Source of the DNA: an uncultured virus (IMG/VR IMGVR_UViG_3300042894_007211)
Taxonomy: Duplodnaviria > Heunggongvirae > Uroviricota > Caudoviricetes
Reading direction: 5' to 3' (one strand)
DNA length: 64,000 nt
Virus record (IMG/VR): IMGVR_UViG_3300042894_007211
Shown: one piece after another, positions 18,921 to 28,843 of the stretch
Layout of the letters: the number at the start of each line of letters is the position of its first letter
Numbering within the stretch: the first letter of the stretch is position 1
Made by a program: the position numbers and the translations under genes
The notes under the pieces: model-generated
Told to the model about the DNA's origin: nothing
Database searches by the model: none
The model's input: the letters and a program-made list of their open reading frames with translations, nothing else

Positions 18921-19409
18921 ATGGAAATTAGAGTTATTGATTTTGAAATACTAACGACACATTATAAAAAATATAGAGATGGTGTTGATTTAATTAATTT
19001 AGAAAGAAAGAAAATTCTTGAACAAATTGAGCCTCTTAGAAAAGAGATGAACATGATTATTTCTTCTGCAACCACTGGTATCATTTTAAATGGCCAAACA
19101 CAACAACAGCAAGCTGAAAGATTTCAAGAATTACAACAAGAATTAGTTAACATTGATAATGATTTCAAAGCTAAGAATAAAGAAATGGTCGATCAACTTA
19201 ACACAAAGTCATTCGATGAACTTTCAGTAATCATTACGGAATGGGCTGAGAAAAACTCAATTGATTTGGTAAGTGGTAAAATGGAAATCATTTTTTGCAA
19301 CGATAAATGGGATGTTACAAATGATATTCTTGAAATTCTGAAAGAACAAGAACTTTATGTTGATAGAGAAATTGTAAATGAACGAGAAAAAGAAAAAGAG
19401 AGTGTTTAA
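18921..19409 (+). CDS. Skp/OmpH-like chaperone lacking signal peptide
   Basis: IRVIDFEIL start, long coiled coil, IITEWAEKNSIDLV...DVTNDILEIL C-terminus typical of OmpH. Confidence 0.7.
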   Translation: MEIRVIDFEILTTHYKKYRDGVDLINLERKKILEQIEPLRKEMNMIISSATTGIILNGQTQQQQAERFQELQQELVNIDNDFKAKNKEMVDQLNTKSFDELSVIITEWAEKNSIDLVSGKMEIIFCNDKWDVTNDILEILKEQELYVDREIVNEREKEKESV

Positions 19410-19421
19410 CTCTCTTTTTTT
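19393..19421. terminator. Bidirectional intrinsic terminator
   Basis: aaaaagagagt...actctcttttt between convergent genes. Confidence 0.75.
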
Positions 19422-20226
19422 ATATTCCTAATATTTTAGTGATTTGAACTACTTGGTCTTTATTCTTTTCATCAGAAATGAAATTTGTGAATTTTAGTAT
19501 TCTTTTAACTTCTTCTGGTTTTGCTTTAATTAAGTCAGTCATCTTTTTTTGTAAATCAACTTCATCGTTCCTTTCTTGATTTTCACCTTTTACAACTAAA
19601 TCATCAAGTCCTTTTTTTACTTCACCAACTTTTTCATTATCTAATGTAAATTCGACAGTGCCATCATCTTTTACATCAATTTTAGTTATTTCGGCTTTTG
19701 CTTGACCTTTATTATCTTTCATATTATAACTAACTACTAAATCTTCATCAGGTATTATTTTTTTAGCAAAGTCATCTTTATCAACTTCTGATTTTATATA
19801 ATCTAAGCTAGTAAGCCACTGCTTATAATCATTTGCTAAAGAGCCAATCTCACTACTACTTCCTTTTGATTTCTCTAACTTTTTTTGAAATTCTTCAATA
19901 TCTTTTCTAAATGAAAAAAGTATAGAGTAATAATTCATCATTGTTTCGATGTTAGTTAGTTCGACTAATTTTTTAGTAAATTCAGCAACTTTACCAACAA
20001 TCATTTTTTGACAAGGTCTAGTAAAAAAGAAACAGTTTAGTAAATCTTTATCTTTTTTAATTTTATCGGCACTGAAATCAGGTGCCATATAATTTGTCCA
20101 ATTACCTTCTGCTGATTGTAGAAAATTTAACTTTTTTGCAACTTCACTCTCAAATTTTTGAGTTTCCTTTAATAAATCATCGGCTGAAGCTTCAAAAAAC
20201 TTTTGGTAATTAAGCATGATTTTCAT
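19420..20226 (-). CDS. Hypothetical protein with N-terminal tag; C-terminal domain paralogous to 20229..21356
   Basis: MLNYQKFFEAS; ends DLQKKMTDL...FISDEKNKDQVVQITKILGI. Confidence 0.75.
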   Translation of the reverse strand: MKIMLNYQKFFEASADDLLKETQKFESEVAKKLNFLQSAEGNWTNYMAPDFSADKIKKDKDLLNCFFFTRPCQKMIVGKVAEFTKKLVELTNIETMMNYYSILFSFRKDIEEFQKKLEKSKGSSSEIGSLANDYKQWLTSLDYIKSEVDKDDFAKKIIPDEDLVVSYNMKDNKGQAKAEITKIDVKDDGTVEFTLDNEKVGEVKKGLDDLVVKGENQERNDEVDLQKKMTDLIKAKPEEVKRILKFTNFISDEKNKDQVVQITKILGI

Positions 20227-20228
20227 AT

Positions 20229-21356
20229 TTATTCACCTTCTCCACCACCGATGATTTTATCAATTTCAGCAACTTTGTCTTTATTAGCTTCATCTGATAT
20301 GAAATCAACAAAACTACTTACTTTTTTAATATCTTCTGGCTTTTTAGTTTTAAGGTCTCCAAGTTTTTTAACTAAGTCTTCTTGTCCCTCGGCTTTTTCG
20401 CCTTCAACTTTACCTAATAAGTCACTAGTCTTTTTAGTAAAATCAGCATCTTCGAATGAAACATCTTCACCTTTGATTTCTTTAACCTTTTTGATGCCAA
20501 TCATTTCTTTATCCTGAAGGTCTTTCATTGGTCCTTCTTCTGGTTTTTTCTTATCGTCATCTGTGATTTTCTTCCACTCATCTTCATTAAATTTATCTCT
20601 TTTATAAATTACAGAATCACCTGGTTTGTAACCACCTTCTGGACCAGCTTCTGGCATTTCTTTACCAACTGATTGTAGATATCTCTCTAAATCTTCAGAC
20701 TTTGCCTCAGAAAGATACTTGTCTAATCTAACTATTAGAGTTTTATTAACCCAATCTAAAGCTAATTGTTTTCTTTTTTTACCATCTTCACCAGCAGTTA
20801 AAAGAACTTTTTTATAATCTGGTAAATGTGTGGTATCCTTCATATCAACAATAATCTTTTTAGGATCAACTTTTGCATCTTGTCCAACTTTAAAATCTGG
20901 ACCACCAGCATATTTGTAATCTTTTATAGCCCTGTTTCTAGTGTACTCATTATAAAACTTTACAATGTCAAGTGTAGGTGAATCTTTACCATAAGCCTGT
21001 AGAATATTATCATAGAATGGTTGTAATCCTTGATCACCAAGACATCCGGTTTCTGGATCTAAAATATTTTTAATCAAATCAAGACAATCTTGCTCATTAA
21101 CTTCTGGTTTTTTATTAAACTCATCAATAACAGCTTTAAAGATGTAGTTGTCATCAGCTGGGTTATATACATTCTTTTTTGTCCAGTCTTCAATTTTTTC
21201 AGCATCTGGTTCTAAGCCGAGCATTTTTTGCATATCGTCAACTGATTTTTTCCAAAGGTTTTTGAAAAAGTTGACCACTTTACCAAATATCTCTTCGTTA
21301 ACCGGCTCTAAGTCTTTATATTTTTTATAAGACTCGTATGTCTTCATGTATTTCAT
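20229..21356 (-). CDS. Hypothetical charged protein with N-terminal tag
   Basis: MKYMKTYESY...VNEE; ends DLVKKLGDL...FISDEANKDKVAEIDKII; TTAATATATA at 21384. Confidence 0.78.
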   Translation of the reverse strand: MKYMKTYESYKKYKDLEPVNEEIFGKVVNFFKNLWKKSVDDMQKMLGLEPDAEKIEDWTKKNVYNPADDNYIFKAVIDEFNKKPEVNEQDCLDLIKNILDPETGCLGDQGLQPFYDNILQAYGKDSPTLDIVKFYNEYTRNRAIKDYKYAGGPDFKVGQDAKVDPKKIIVDMKDTTHLPDYKKVLLTAGEDGKKRKQLALDWVNKTLIVRLDKYLSEAKSEDLERYLQSVGKEMPEAGPEGGYKPGDSVIYKRDKFNEDEWKKITDDDKKKPEEGPMKDLQDKEMIGIKKVKEIKGEDVSFEDADFTKKTSDLLGKVEGEKAEGQEDLVKKLGDLKTKKPEDIKKVSSFVDFISDEANKDKVAEIDKIIGGGEGE

Positions 21357-21383
21357 GTGTTAGTCAATTTTTTTATAATAAAC

Positions 21384-21393
21384 TATATATTAA
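21384..21393 (-). promoter_or_regulatory. Putative late promoter TTAATATATA
   Basis: Exact decamer upstream of ATG 21356. Confidence 0.65.
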
Positions 21394-21418
21394 TTTTTTC
21401 ATATAAAAAATAAAAAAA

Positions 21419-21895
21419 ATGAACTATTTAAAAAAAGTTACAGAATTCCATAAAACTTTTGAAGCTCCTGTACTCGATACTCCTCAAATTCCATCCGAAG
21501 AAAGATGCCAGTTAAGAGTTTCACTTATACAAGAAGAATTAGATGAATTAAAACAAGCTATAAAAGACGGTGACTTAATTGAAATTGCTGATGCGCTATG
21601 TGATATACAATATGTCCTTTCTGGTACTGTCTTAGAGTTTGGTATGTCTGAAAAGTTTGACAAAATGTTTAAAGAAATACAAAGAAGTAATATGTCAAAA
21701 GCCTGTTCTTCAATAAAAGAGGCAATTGAAACCATTTCATATTATAAAAAGAAAGATGGCACTGAATCTATGTATAAACAAGTTGAAGACAAATGGATTG
21801 TGTATAGAATGTCAGATAATAAAATATTAAAATCTGTCAAATATTCACCAGCCAATCTAAAAAAAATAATTAAAAATGAAAATCAAGAAGTTTAA
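21419..21895 (+). CDS. MazG-like nucleoside triphosphate pyrophosphohydrolase
   Basis: V.EFH..F, LIQEELDEL, EIADALCDIQYV, EIQRSNMSK. Confidence 0.9.
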   Translation: MNYLKKVTEFHKTFEAPVLDTPQIPSEERCQLRVSLIQEELDELKQAIKDGDLIEIADALCDIQYVLSGTVLEFGMSEKFDKMFKEIQRSNMSKACSSIKEAIETISYYKKKDGTESMYKQVEDKWIVYRMSDNKILKSVKYSPANLKKIIKNENQEV

Positions 21896-22334
21896 TGAAC
21901 ACAATTCAGTAGATACTTTAGTTGTATCTGCTTTTCCAGGTTGCGGTAAATCACACCTATTTAGAAATAAAGGTGAAAAAAAAATATTAGACAGCGATTC
22001 ATCTACTTTTGATAAATCTGAATTTCCCGAAAACTATATCACTCACATAAAATCAAATATTGGAAATGCTGATATAATCTTAGTATCATCACACAAAGAA
22101 GTAAGAGATGCCTTACAAAATCAGGATATTGATTTTACATTAGTTTATCCCAGTAGAGATATCAAAGATGAATATATTCAAAGATATATTGATAGGGGAA
22201 ATGATGATAAATTTGTTGAGTTGCTTAAAAATAACTGGCATAACTGGATGGATGAATTAGAAAATCAATCTGGTTGTAATAAAGTAGAATTAAAAGAAGG
22301 TGAGTACCTATCGGATATAATAACAAAATTATGA
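21876..22334 (+). CDS. P-loop nucleotide kinase-like protein with short N-terminal tag
   Basis: MKIKKFNEH; SAFPGCGKS; DSDSS; YIQRYIDRGN. Confidence 0.7.
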   Translation: MKIKKFNEHNSVDTLVVSAFPGCGKSHLFRNKGEKKILDSDSSTFDKSEFPENYITHIKSNIGNADIILVSSHKEVRDALQNQDIDFTLVYPSRDIKDEYIQRYIDRGNDDKFVELLKNNWHNWMDELENQSGCNKVELKEGEYLSDIITKL

Positions 22335-23341
22335 AAACAATATTAGTAACAGGAGGAGCCGGATACATTGGCTCACATACAGTAATTGAACTAATAAAGG
22401 CAAATTATGATGTAATCATAGTTGATAACTTCTCAAATTCAAACCCAGTTTATTTAAATAAACTGTTCAAACTTTGCAATGAATTAGTCGGTAGACATCC
22501 AATGTTTTACAATAGAGATTGTAGAAGTAGCTTGATAGATATTTTAAGCACACATAAAGTTGATGGTGTAATTCACTTTGCTGCTCACAAAGCAGTCGGC
22601 GAATCTGTTGATAAACCACTTGAATATTATGATAACAACATAAATTCATTGATGTCTATATTAAATGATTGTAAAAACTTTGGCATTAAAAATATAGTAT
22701 TCTCATCATCTTGCTCTCTTTATGGTGATGTTGAAAATTTACCAGTCGATGAATTGACACCTATATCTGATCCACAATCTCCGTATGCCTACACAAAATT
22801 AATCGGTGAAAGAATTCTTTCTGATTTCTGTAGAGTTAATCCAGAAATAAAAGTAGTTGCTTTAAGATATTTTAATCCAGTTGGTGCTCACGAAAGTGGA
22901 TTGATTGGTGAGTATCCAATTTCTAAACCAAACAATATTATTCCGGTAATTTGTAACTCGGTAGATGGAGATGAAATGACTGTTTTCGGAAATGACTATG
23001 ATACAAAAGATGGCTCTTGTATAAGAGATTATATTCACGTTTCTGATATCGCAAACGCTCATTATTTGGCGGTAGAATATATGATGAATAAAATGTCAGA
23101 TAATTACGATGTATTCAATTTAGGTTCTGAAAGTGGCGTTTCGGTTTTAGAGTTGATAAATGAATTTGAAAGGGTTAATGATGTAAAAGTAAATTATAAA
23201 ATTGGTCTGAGAAGAGCGGGTGATGTTATAAAAATCTACTCTGATTCAACAAAGGCGAAAGATTTACTTGGTTGGAAAACCACTCATACAATTAAAGATA
23301 TGGTATCATCAGCTTGGAAATGGCATAACAATTTAAAATAA
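22331..23341 (+). CDS. galE: UDP-glucose 4-epimerase
   Basis: GGAGYIGSH, HFAAHKAVGES, FSSS, YxxxK (YAYTK), LRYFNPVGAHESG, RDYIHV. Confidence 0.95.
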   Translation: MKTILVTGGAGYIGSHTVIELIKANYDVIIVDNFSNSNPVYLNKLFKLCNELVGRHPMFYNRDCRSSLIDILSTHKVDGVIHFAAHKAVGESVDKPLEYYDNNINSLMSILNDCKNFGIKNIVFSSSCSLYGDVENLPVDELTPISDPQSPYAYTKLIGERILSDFCRVNPEIKVVALRYFNPVGAHESGLIGEYPISKPNNIIPVICNSVDGDEMTVFGNDYDTKDGSCIRDYIHVSDIANAHYLAVEYMMNKMSDNYDVFNLGSESGVSVLELINEFERVNDVKVNYKIGLRRAGDVIKIYSDSTKAKDLLGWKTTHTIKDMVSSAWKWHNNLK

Positions 23342-23343
23342 AA

Positions 23344-23577
23344 ATGGATGAATTGTTAAGGATTAATTCTAAAGTTTTTGGTCAGTATTATACTAAAAAA
23401 ATAAAAGACTATTTTGATGAGGGTCAATTGGTAACAGTTTATGCACATCACAGTCTAAGAATATTCACAACAGATAAAAATGGAAACATATTTAAAATTC
23501 AACATCCCGATTTTGGAACAATTTTTTTCACAAAGTATGAATGGAGAAACAAAAAAATAAATAAAATATTAAAATGA
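23344..23577 (+). CDS. Small protein with C-terminal RxxKIxxIL helix
   Basis: Ends EWRNKKINKILK. Confidence 0.7.
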   Translation: MDELLRINSKVFGQYYTKKIKDYFDEGQLVTVYAHHSLRIFTTDKNGNIFKIQHPDFGTIFFTKYEWRNKKINKILK

Positions 23578-24419
23578 AATTAGGAATTATAGGACAAGGA
23601 TTCGTTGGTGGATCCGTTTATGAAGGAATGAAAAACTATTTTGAAACGTTCACATTTGATTTAAATGGAAATTGCACAGAAAGTTCATTGTTTTCACTTA
23701 TAGAAAAAGTTGATATGACATTTTTATGTCTTCCAACACCGATGAAAAAATCGGGTGAGTGTGACCTTTCAATTGTTAGAAACTGTCTTTCAGAGTTAGA
23801 TATGATTGTTAAGTCATTAGATAAAAAAGATTTTATTGTTATAATTAAATCTACGATTCCACCGGGAACAACAGATATATTAAATAAAGAAAATAACAAT
23901 TTAAACATAGTATTCAATCCGGAATTTCTAACGGAGGCTAACGCGGTTGAAGATTATAAAAACCAGAACAGAATTATCATAGGTGGTGATAGACCGTGGA
24001 CATCAAAAGTAAAGACAGTATTCGAAAAAGTATTTCCAAAAGTTCCAATCATAAAAACAAGTTCAACAATTGCTGAGATGATTAAATATGTTACAAATAC
24101 CTTTCTATCAACTAAAGTTTCATTTGCTAATGAGATGTATCAAATTTGCGAAAGTCTTGATGTTGATTATGATAAAGTAATGGAGTATGCAAAGTATGAT
24201 GATAGACTGGGGAAATCTCACTGGTCAGTTCCAGGTCCCGATGGAGACTTTGGTTATGGCGGACATTGTTTCCCTAAAGACATTGCTGCTTTAAAATTTA
24301 TTGCTAATAATTTAGGAGTTGATACTACTGTTTTAGATGCGGCTATTGAAAAAAACACACAAGTCAGAACAGATTTAGATTGGACAAAACAAATTGGCAG
24401 AGCAGTTTCTGATGATTAA
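23574..24419 (+). CDS. ugd: UDP-glucose/GDP-mannose dehydrogenase family (lacks C-terminal domain)
   Basis: GQGFVG, CLPTP, KSTIPPGT, FNPEFL, AEMIKY..N, GYGGHCFPKD. Confidence 0.9.
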   Translation: MKLGIIGQGFVGGSVYEGMKNYFETFTFDLNGNCTESSLFSLIEKVDMTFLCLPTPMKKSGECDLSIVRNCLSELDMIVKSLDKKDFIVIIKSTIPPGTTDILNKENNNLNIVFNPEFLTEANAVEDYKNQNRIIIGGDRPWTSKVKTVFEKVFPKVPIIKTSSTIAEMIKYVTNTFLSTKVSFANEMYQICESLDVDYDKVMEYAKYDDRLGKSHWSVPGPDGDFGYGGHCFPKDIAALKFIANNLGVDTTVLDAAIEKNTQVRTDLDWTKQIGRAVSDD

Positions 24420-24429
24420 TAATTTTTAT

Positions 24430-24437
24430 TATATTTG
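24430..24437 (+). promoter_or_regulatory. Bacteroidota-type -7 element TATATTTG
   Basis: 5 nt upstream of ATG 24443. Confidence 0.55.
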
Positions 24438-24442
24438 TTATT

Positions 24443-24814
24443 ATGTTATCAAATAAAGAAAAAAAGAGAAGACAACACGAAAAAGAGTTATTAGCCATTA
24501 GAAATAAAATGGGTAATAGTGTCATATGGTTTGATGCGCTTAATAAGGTACAACAATATGATTTACTTTATTTGTGGAAAAGAGAAAAGTATAGAAACAA
24601 ACTAACAAGTCCAAAGAAAAAAACTTTGTATAAAAAAATTAGTGGATTTTCCAACGGTAAGTTCCAGATTATAAAAAAAGAAATTGAAGTAATTTCTTAC
24701 CCTGTAAACTTTAAACACTTCCTAAAAGAAATAAAACCTCGTTTTAGTGTTAGTGTTACAAAAATGAGAGAAGCCAGGCTTCAACATTTACTTAAAGATG
24801 ATAGTAAGACCTAA
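24443..24814 (+). CDS. Basic hypothetical protein with RxxRLxxLL helix near C-terminus
   Basis: Ends KMREARLQHLLKDDSKT. Confidence 0.7.
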   Translation: MLSNKEKKRRQHEKELLAIRNKMGNSVIWFDALNKVQQYDLLYLWKREKYRNKLTSPKKKTLYKKISGFSNGKFQIIKKEIEVISYPVNFKHFLKEIKPRFSVSVTKMREARLQHLLKDDSKT

Positions 24815-26720
24815 AAAAAGGAAAGTTCTTAGATATAAAAAGATGAAAGAGATTGGATTGAATGAAAATAAAATTCAATTTCTTTTTATCTTAGATAGTT
24901 CAAATTCAGAAACTTATAACGAACTAATAAGTAATTTCAATAATACTAATGTTGAGGTAAACATATTTTCTAATCTTTTTAGTTATCAAAAATATGAAAA
25001 ATTCAATTACTTTTCAGATAGTTTAGACATTCTGTTTGAGATATGTGAAACATCTTTTATGATGAAAGATAAAAGAATTTTATTCTACGACTACACAATA
25101 ATTGATAGTATAGATATTCTGAACCAAATTAAACCAATTGTATCAAAATCAAAACCAGATGAAATTTCAATTGTTTTAGCACACTGTGACACAGAAGAGA
25201 AAAAAGAATTACTGATAGAGAACTTAATTACACTAAAGAAACAAAATCAAAAAATTATTCTATCGTCACATATTTTAGTTGATAATGATATAATTGAACT
25301 TGTTGACTATTTCGTATGTGATAAAAAGAATGAAATGATTAGTCACACTGAGTATGACGGTAAAGGTGAAACTTATGATTACATAGACGTACCTGGTTAT
25401 CATCACAAGTATTTTTACGACAATCACGCATTTGCTATACTTAGATTGATGTTACAAGCTGTTATTTTATCAAATGCAAATGGTTATAAAATATCACATT
25501 TAATACACTACGATTCTGTTCTTTATGATCCAAAAGTTCTTAGAAATCATTATGAAGATTTACAAAATTATGACATAGTTCACTATTTTTTTGATGAACA
25601 TAAGCAAAGAATGGATGGTAATTTCTTTTCAATCAAAAATGAAGTTTTTTTAGATTTATTTAATCATATAAAAACAAAATTAGACTTTGTTAAATATGAA
25701 TTAGCAATTTTCGAAAATTTTTTGAAAAATATTTGTAACTCTAAAGATTACAAAATCAAAATAATGAAAATTGAATCTTTATTCTATAAAAATATTATTG
25801 ATAAAATAAAAATGTTGGATTTGAGTTTGAAAAAGTATTACTCAGATGATGTATTTACAGATACTTTTATAATACCATCAGTTGATAAGTCGAATAATAA
25901 ATACATCTCGATACTGACAAATGATAGAAATGTCTCTGAAGTAATTATAACAGAATTGAAATATAAAATTTTTCCAGAACTAATTAATGTTTTTCAAGTA
26001 GATGATAATCTATTGAATGAGGGAATAAATGTTTTTATACCACACATCGAATCTGGAAAACTTATAAATAATGAATCAAAATTTGCAAATTGCTATAAAT
26101 TGGAACCAGAGTTAATTAATTTTCATGTAGTAAAAAAATCAGAAATATTATCAAATTATAATATCAAAGAGGATTTCATAACAACGATTGTTGGAGAAGA
26201 TTTCTCAACAGTTCACAAAAGATGCTTAGAACACAACGGATGTATTGTTGATTTAGGTTGTCTCTATTGGGATTGGTCAATTTTTTTCTTAGGTAAAAAG
26301 AGAATAATTGGTGTCGATCCACAAGAAAATGAAATCATAAATACAAAACTATTTAAAGGCGCGGTTTCAGATTTCACTGGTTATGGTATATTATCAACTG
26401 GAGGTGAGACTGCTAGGATAATAAAATCAGATGTAGGATTTCCAGTTTTAAAATGGAAAGAATTCAAAAAATTATATGAAGTAGACCAGATTTCAGTTTT
26501 AAAGATTAACATTGAAGGTGGTGAATATGATTTGATTAAATCTTTTGATAGTGATGACTTTGATAAAATTGATCAGATTGCTGTTAGTTTTCATCACTTT
26601 GAGGATGATTCCTTAATGGAAAATACATTTGAATGCTTACAAATTATACAACAACATAACTATGATATTTTTGACTTAGATATCTATGGTTGGTACTTGT
26701 GTGTGAAAAAAAGATATTAG
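24798..26720 (+). CDS. Multidomain protein: putative glycosyltransferase-like domain plus FkbM-like methyltransferase
   Basis: Middle domain paralogous to 28844..29845; C-terminal IVDLGC...LKINIEGGEY...QIAVSFH. Confidence 0.65.
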   Translation: MIVRPKKRKVLRYKKMKEIGLNENKIQFLFILDSSNSETYNELISNFNNTNVEVNIFSNLFSYQKYEKFNYFSDSLDILFEICETSFMMKDKRILFYDYTIIDSIDILNQIKPIVSKSKPDEISIVLAHCDTEEKKELLIENLITLKKQNQKIILSSHILVDNDIIELVDYFVCDKKNEMISHTEYDGKGETYDYIDVPGYHHKYFYDNHAFAILRLMLQAVILSNANGYKISHLIHYDSVLYDPKVLRNHYEDLQNYDIVHYFFDEHKQRMDGNFFSIKNEVFLDLFNHIKTKLDFVKYELAIFENFLKNICNSKDYKIKIMKIESLFYKNIIDKIKMLDLSLKKYYSDDVFTDTFIIPSVDKSNNKYISILTNDRNVSEVIITELKYKIFPELINVFQVDDNLLNEGINVFIPHIESGKLINNESKFANCYKLEPELINFHVVKKSEILSNYNIKEDFITTIVGEDFSTVHKRCLEHNGCIVDLGCLYWDWSIFFLGKKRIIGVDPQENEIINTKLFKGAVSDFTGYGILSTGGETARIIKSDVGFPVLKWKEFKKLYEVDQISVLKINIEGGEYDLIKSFDSDDFDKIDQIAVSFHHFEDDSLMENTFECLQIIQQHNYDIFDLDIYGWYLCVKKRY

Positions 26721-26763
26721 TCATCAGTAGTAAACTTTTGACAATAAAATTATTAAAATAGAT

Positions 26764-28053
26764 ATGATTGAATTAGAAAAAATACAGAATTTAGTGGGAA
26801 ATCATGTCTCACCATACATCTACAATTCAAAAGAGTTTGTAGCTGGAAAAACACCAATATATTATTCAGGACCATACTGGGATAATAAAGAAACCGAAGC
26901 TGCTATTAACACTTTTCTTAATGGAAAGTGGATTACAACTGGTGAAAAAGTATATAAATTTGAACTTGAATTCTCGAAGAGATTCAATGTTAAACATTCA
27001 CATATGGTGAATTCTGGTAGCTCAGCTAATTTAGTTTTAATTGCTGCACTTAAAAGAAGATTTGACTGGCAAGATGAAGATGAAATTATTGTTTCTCCTG
27101 TTGGTTTTCCTACAACAATTTCTGTACTTTATCAACACAGATTAAAACCAGTTTTTGCTGACATCGAATGGGAAACTCTTAACTTTGATTTAGATGAGGT
27201 AGAAAAAAAGATTACACCTAAAACTAAAGCAATATTTGTTTCTCCAGTTTTAGGAAATCCACCTGACTTTGATAGACTACTTGAAATCTGTGAAAAATAC
27301 AATATCAAATTAGTTGGTGATAACTGTGATAGTTTAGGTTCTAAATGGAAAGGTAAATACTTAAGTGAATACTATGTTGCATTTTCAAATTCATTTTATC
27401 CCGCTCACCACATCTCTACTGGAGAAGGTGGAATGGTTTGTACAGATGATGATGAGTTGAAAAAACTTTTTGTTAGTATTTCTTGGTGGGGTAGAGATTG
27501 CTACTGTATTGGCTCAGCTAACCTTTTGAGTTGTGGAACTTGTGGTAATCGATTTGATAAATGGTTAGATACTTATGATGGGGTGGTTGACCACAAATAT
27601 GTATTCTCTGAAATGGGGTATAATTTAAAACCACTTGACTTACAGGGTGCTATCGGATTAGAGCAATTAAAAAAACTTGACGAGATTGAGGCTAACAGAA
27701 AAAATTCGAAAGATAGAATTTCAAAGATATTTTTAGATAATATTAAAAATATTACTGTTCCCAAAATGCTTGAATCCTCTGATACTTGTTGGTTTGGAAC
27801 ACCGTTTATTTGCCACGAAGAAGGTCTAAAACATAAACTTGTTGACCACTTGGAAAAGAATAAAATTCAAACAAGAAACTATTTTGCAGGAAATATTCTA
27901 ATTCATCCTGGTTACAAATTTTTAGATGACTATTCTAATTATCCAGAATCAAACAAAGTATTAGATAAAGTTTTCTTTATTGGAGCGGCTCCTCACTACA
28001 CAGAACAAGTCTTTGAATATATTGAAGAAGTTATAAAAAAATTCGAACAATGA
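26764..28053 (+). CDS. rfbH: CDP-4-keto-6-deoxyglucose 3-dehydratase (RfbH/DdhC, DegT family)
   Basis: VNSGSSANL, DNCDSLG, SFYPAHHISTGEGG (His in place of PLP Lys), GRDCYC...CGTCG Fe-S motif, GYNLK. Confidence 0.9.
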   Translation: MIELEKIQNLVGNHVSPYIYNSKEFVAGKTPIYYSGPYWDNKETEAAINTFLNGKWITTGEKVYKFELEFSKRFNVKHSHMVNSGSSANLVLIAALKRRFDWQDEDEIIVSPVGFPTTISVLYQHRLKPVFADIEWETLNFDLDEVEKKITPKTKAIFVSPVLGNPPDFDRLLEICEKYNIKLVGDNCDSLGSKWKGKYLSEYYVAFSNSFYPAHHISTGEGGMVCTDDDELKKLFVSISWWGRDCYCIGSANLLSCGTCGNRFDKWLDTYDGVVDHKYVFSEMGYNLKPLDLQGAIGLEQLKKLDEIEANRKNSKDRISKIFLDNIKNITVPKMLESSDTCWFGTPFICHEEGLKHKLVDHLEKNKIQTRNYFAGNILIHPGYKFLDDYSNYPESNKVLDKVFFIGAAPHYTEQVFEYIEEVIKKFEQ

Positions 28054-28742
28054 GATGTTTAGTATTAGGCGATGGTCTACTGGGTTCACAGGTTATTTCT
28101 CAAACTGGTTGGGATTTTGTTAGTAGAAAAAGAAATTCAGTCTCAGCTGAAGACTTTTTAAATTGGTCTTATTTACTAGATTCATATGATACAATAATTA
28201 ATTGCATTGGCTTTACTAAGACTTATGAAAATAACCAGAAAGATAGTTGGAACTTAAACGTAGTATTTGTAAACCAATTAATTGACTACTGTAATAATAA
28301 TAGCAAAAAGTTAGTTCATATATCAACTGATTACCTTTATTCTGGTTCTGTCCCTAATGCGACTGAAAATGATGTGCCAATACCTGTAAACACTTGGTAT
28401 GGTTACTCAAAACTAGTAGGTGATGCCTTAGTTCAACTACAATCAAAAAATTACTTAATGTGTAGATTATCACACAAACCAAATCCATTTCCATATGAGA
28501 GTGCTTGGACTGATATACACACAAATTGTGACTCGGCTGATGTTATAGCGGATTTAGTAGTTCAACTTGTAGAATTAAATGCTAATGGGGTTTACAATGT
28601 TGGAACTGAAGTAAAGTCTATTTATGATTTAGCGAAAAGAAGTAATCCAGATATCAAAGCAATTAATAAACCAGCTCACGTACCGAATGATATCTCAATG
28701 AATATAGATAAACTTAATAAAAAGATAAAAAATAATAAATGA
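28050..28742 (+). CDS. RmlD-like NDP-sugar reductase (SDR)
   Basis: GDGLLG, HISTDYLY, YGYSK. Confidence 0.85.
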   Translation: MRCLVLGDGLLGSQVISQTGWDFVSRKRNSVSAEDFLNWSYLLDSYDTIINCIGFTKTYENNQKDSWNLNVVFVNQLIDYCNNNSKKLVHISTDYLYSGSVPNATENDVPIPVNTWYGYSKLVGDALVQLQSKNYLMCRLSHKPNPFPYESAWTDIHTNCDSADVIADLVVQLVELNANGVYNVGTEVKSIYDLAKRSNPDIKAINKPAHVPNDISMNIDKLNKKIKNNK

Positions 28743-28843
28743 TTATGAACGAAGTAGTTTACTTAATCTCAGGTATTTTAATTGGTGTGATGATTGCCCC
28801 AGTAATTGAAAAACTGATAAAAAATTATGTTAATAGAAAATAA
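28739..28843 (+). CDS. Small membrane peptide (34 aa, not in ORF track)
   Basis: MIMNEVVYLISGILIGVMIAPVIEKLIKNYVNRK*; ATGA overlap upstream and abuts next ATG. Confidence 0.55.
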   Translation: MIMNEVVYLISGILIGVMIAPVIEKLIKNYVNRK

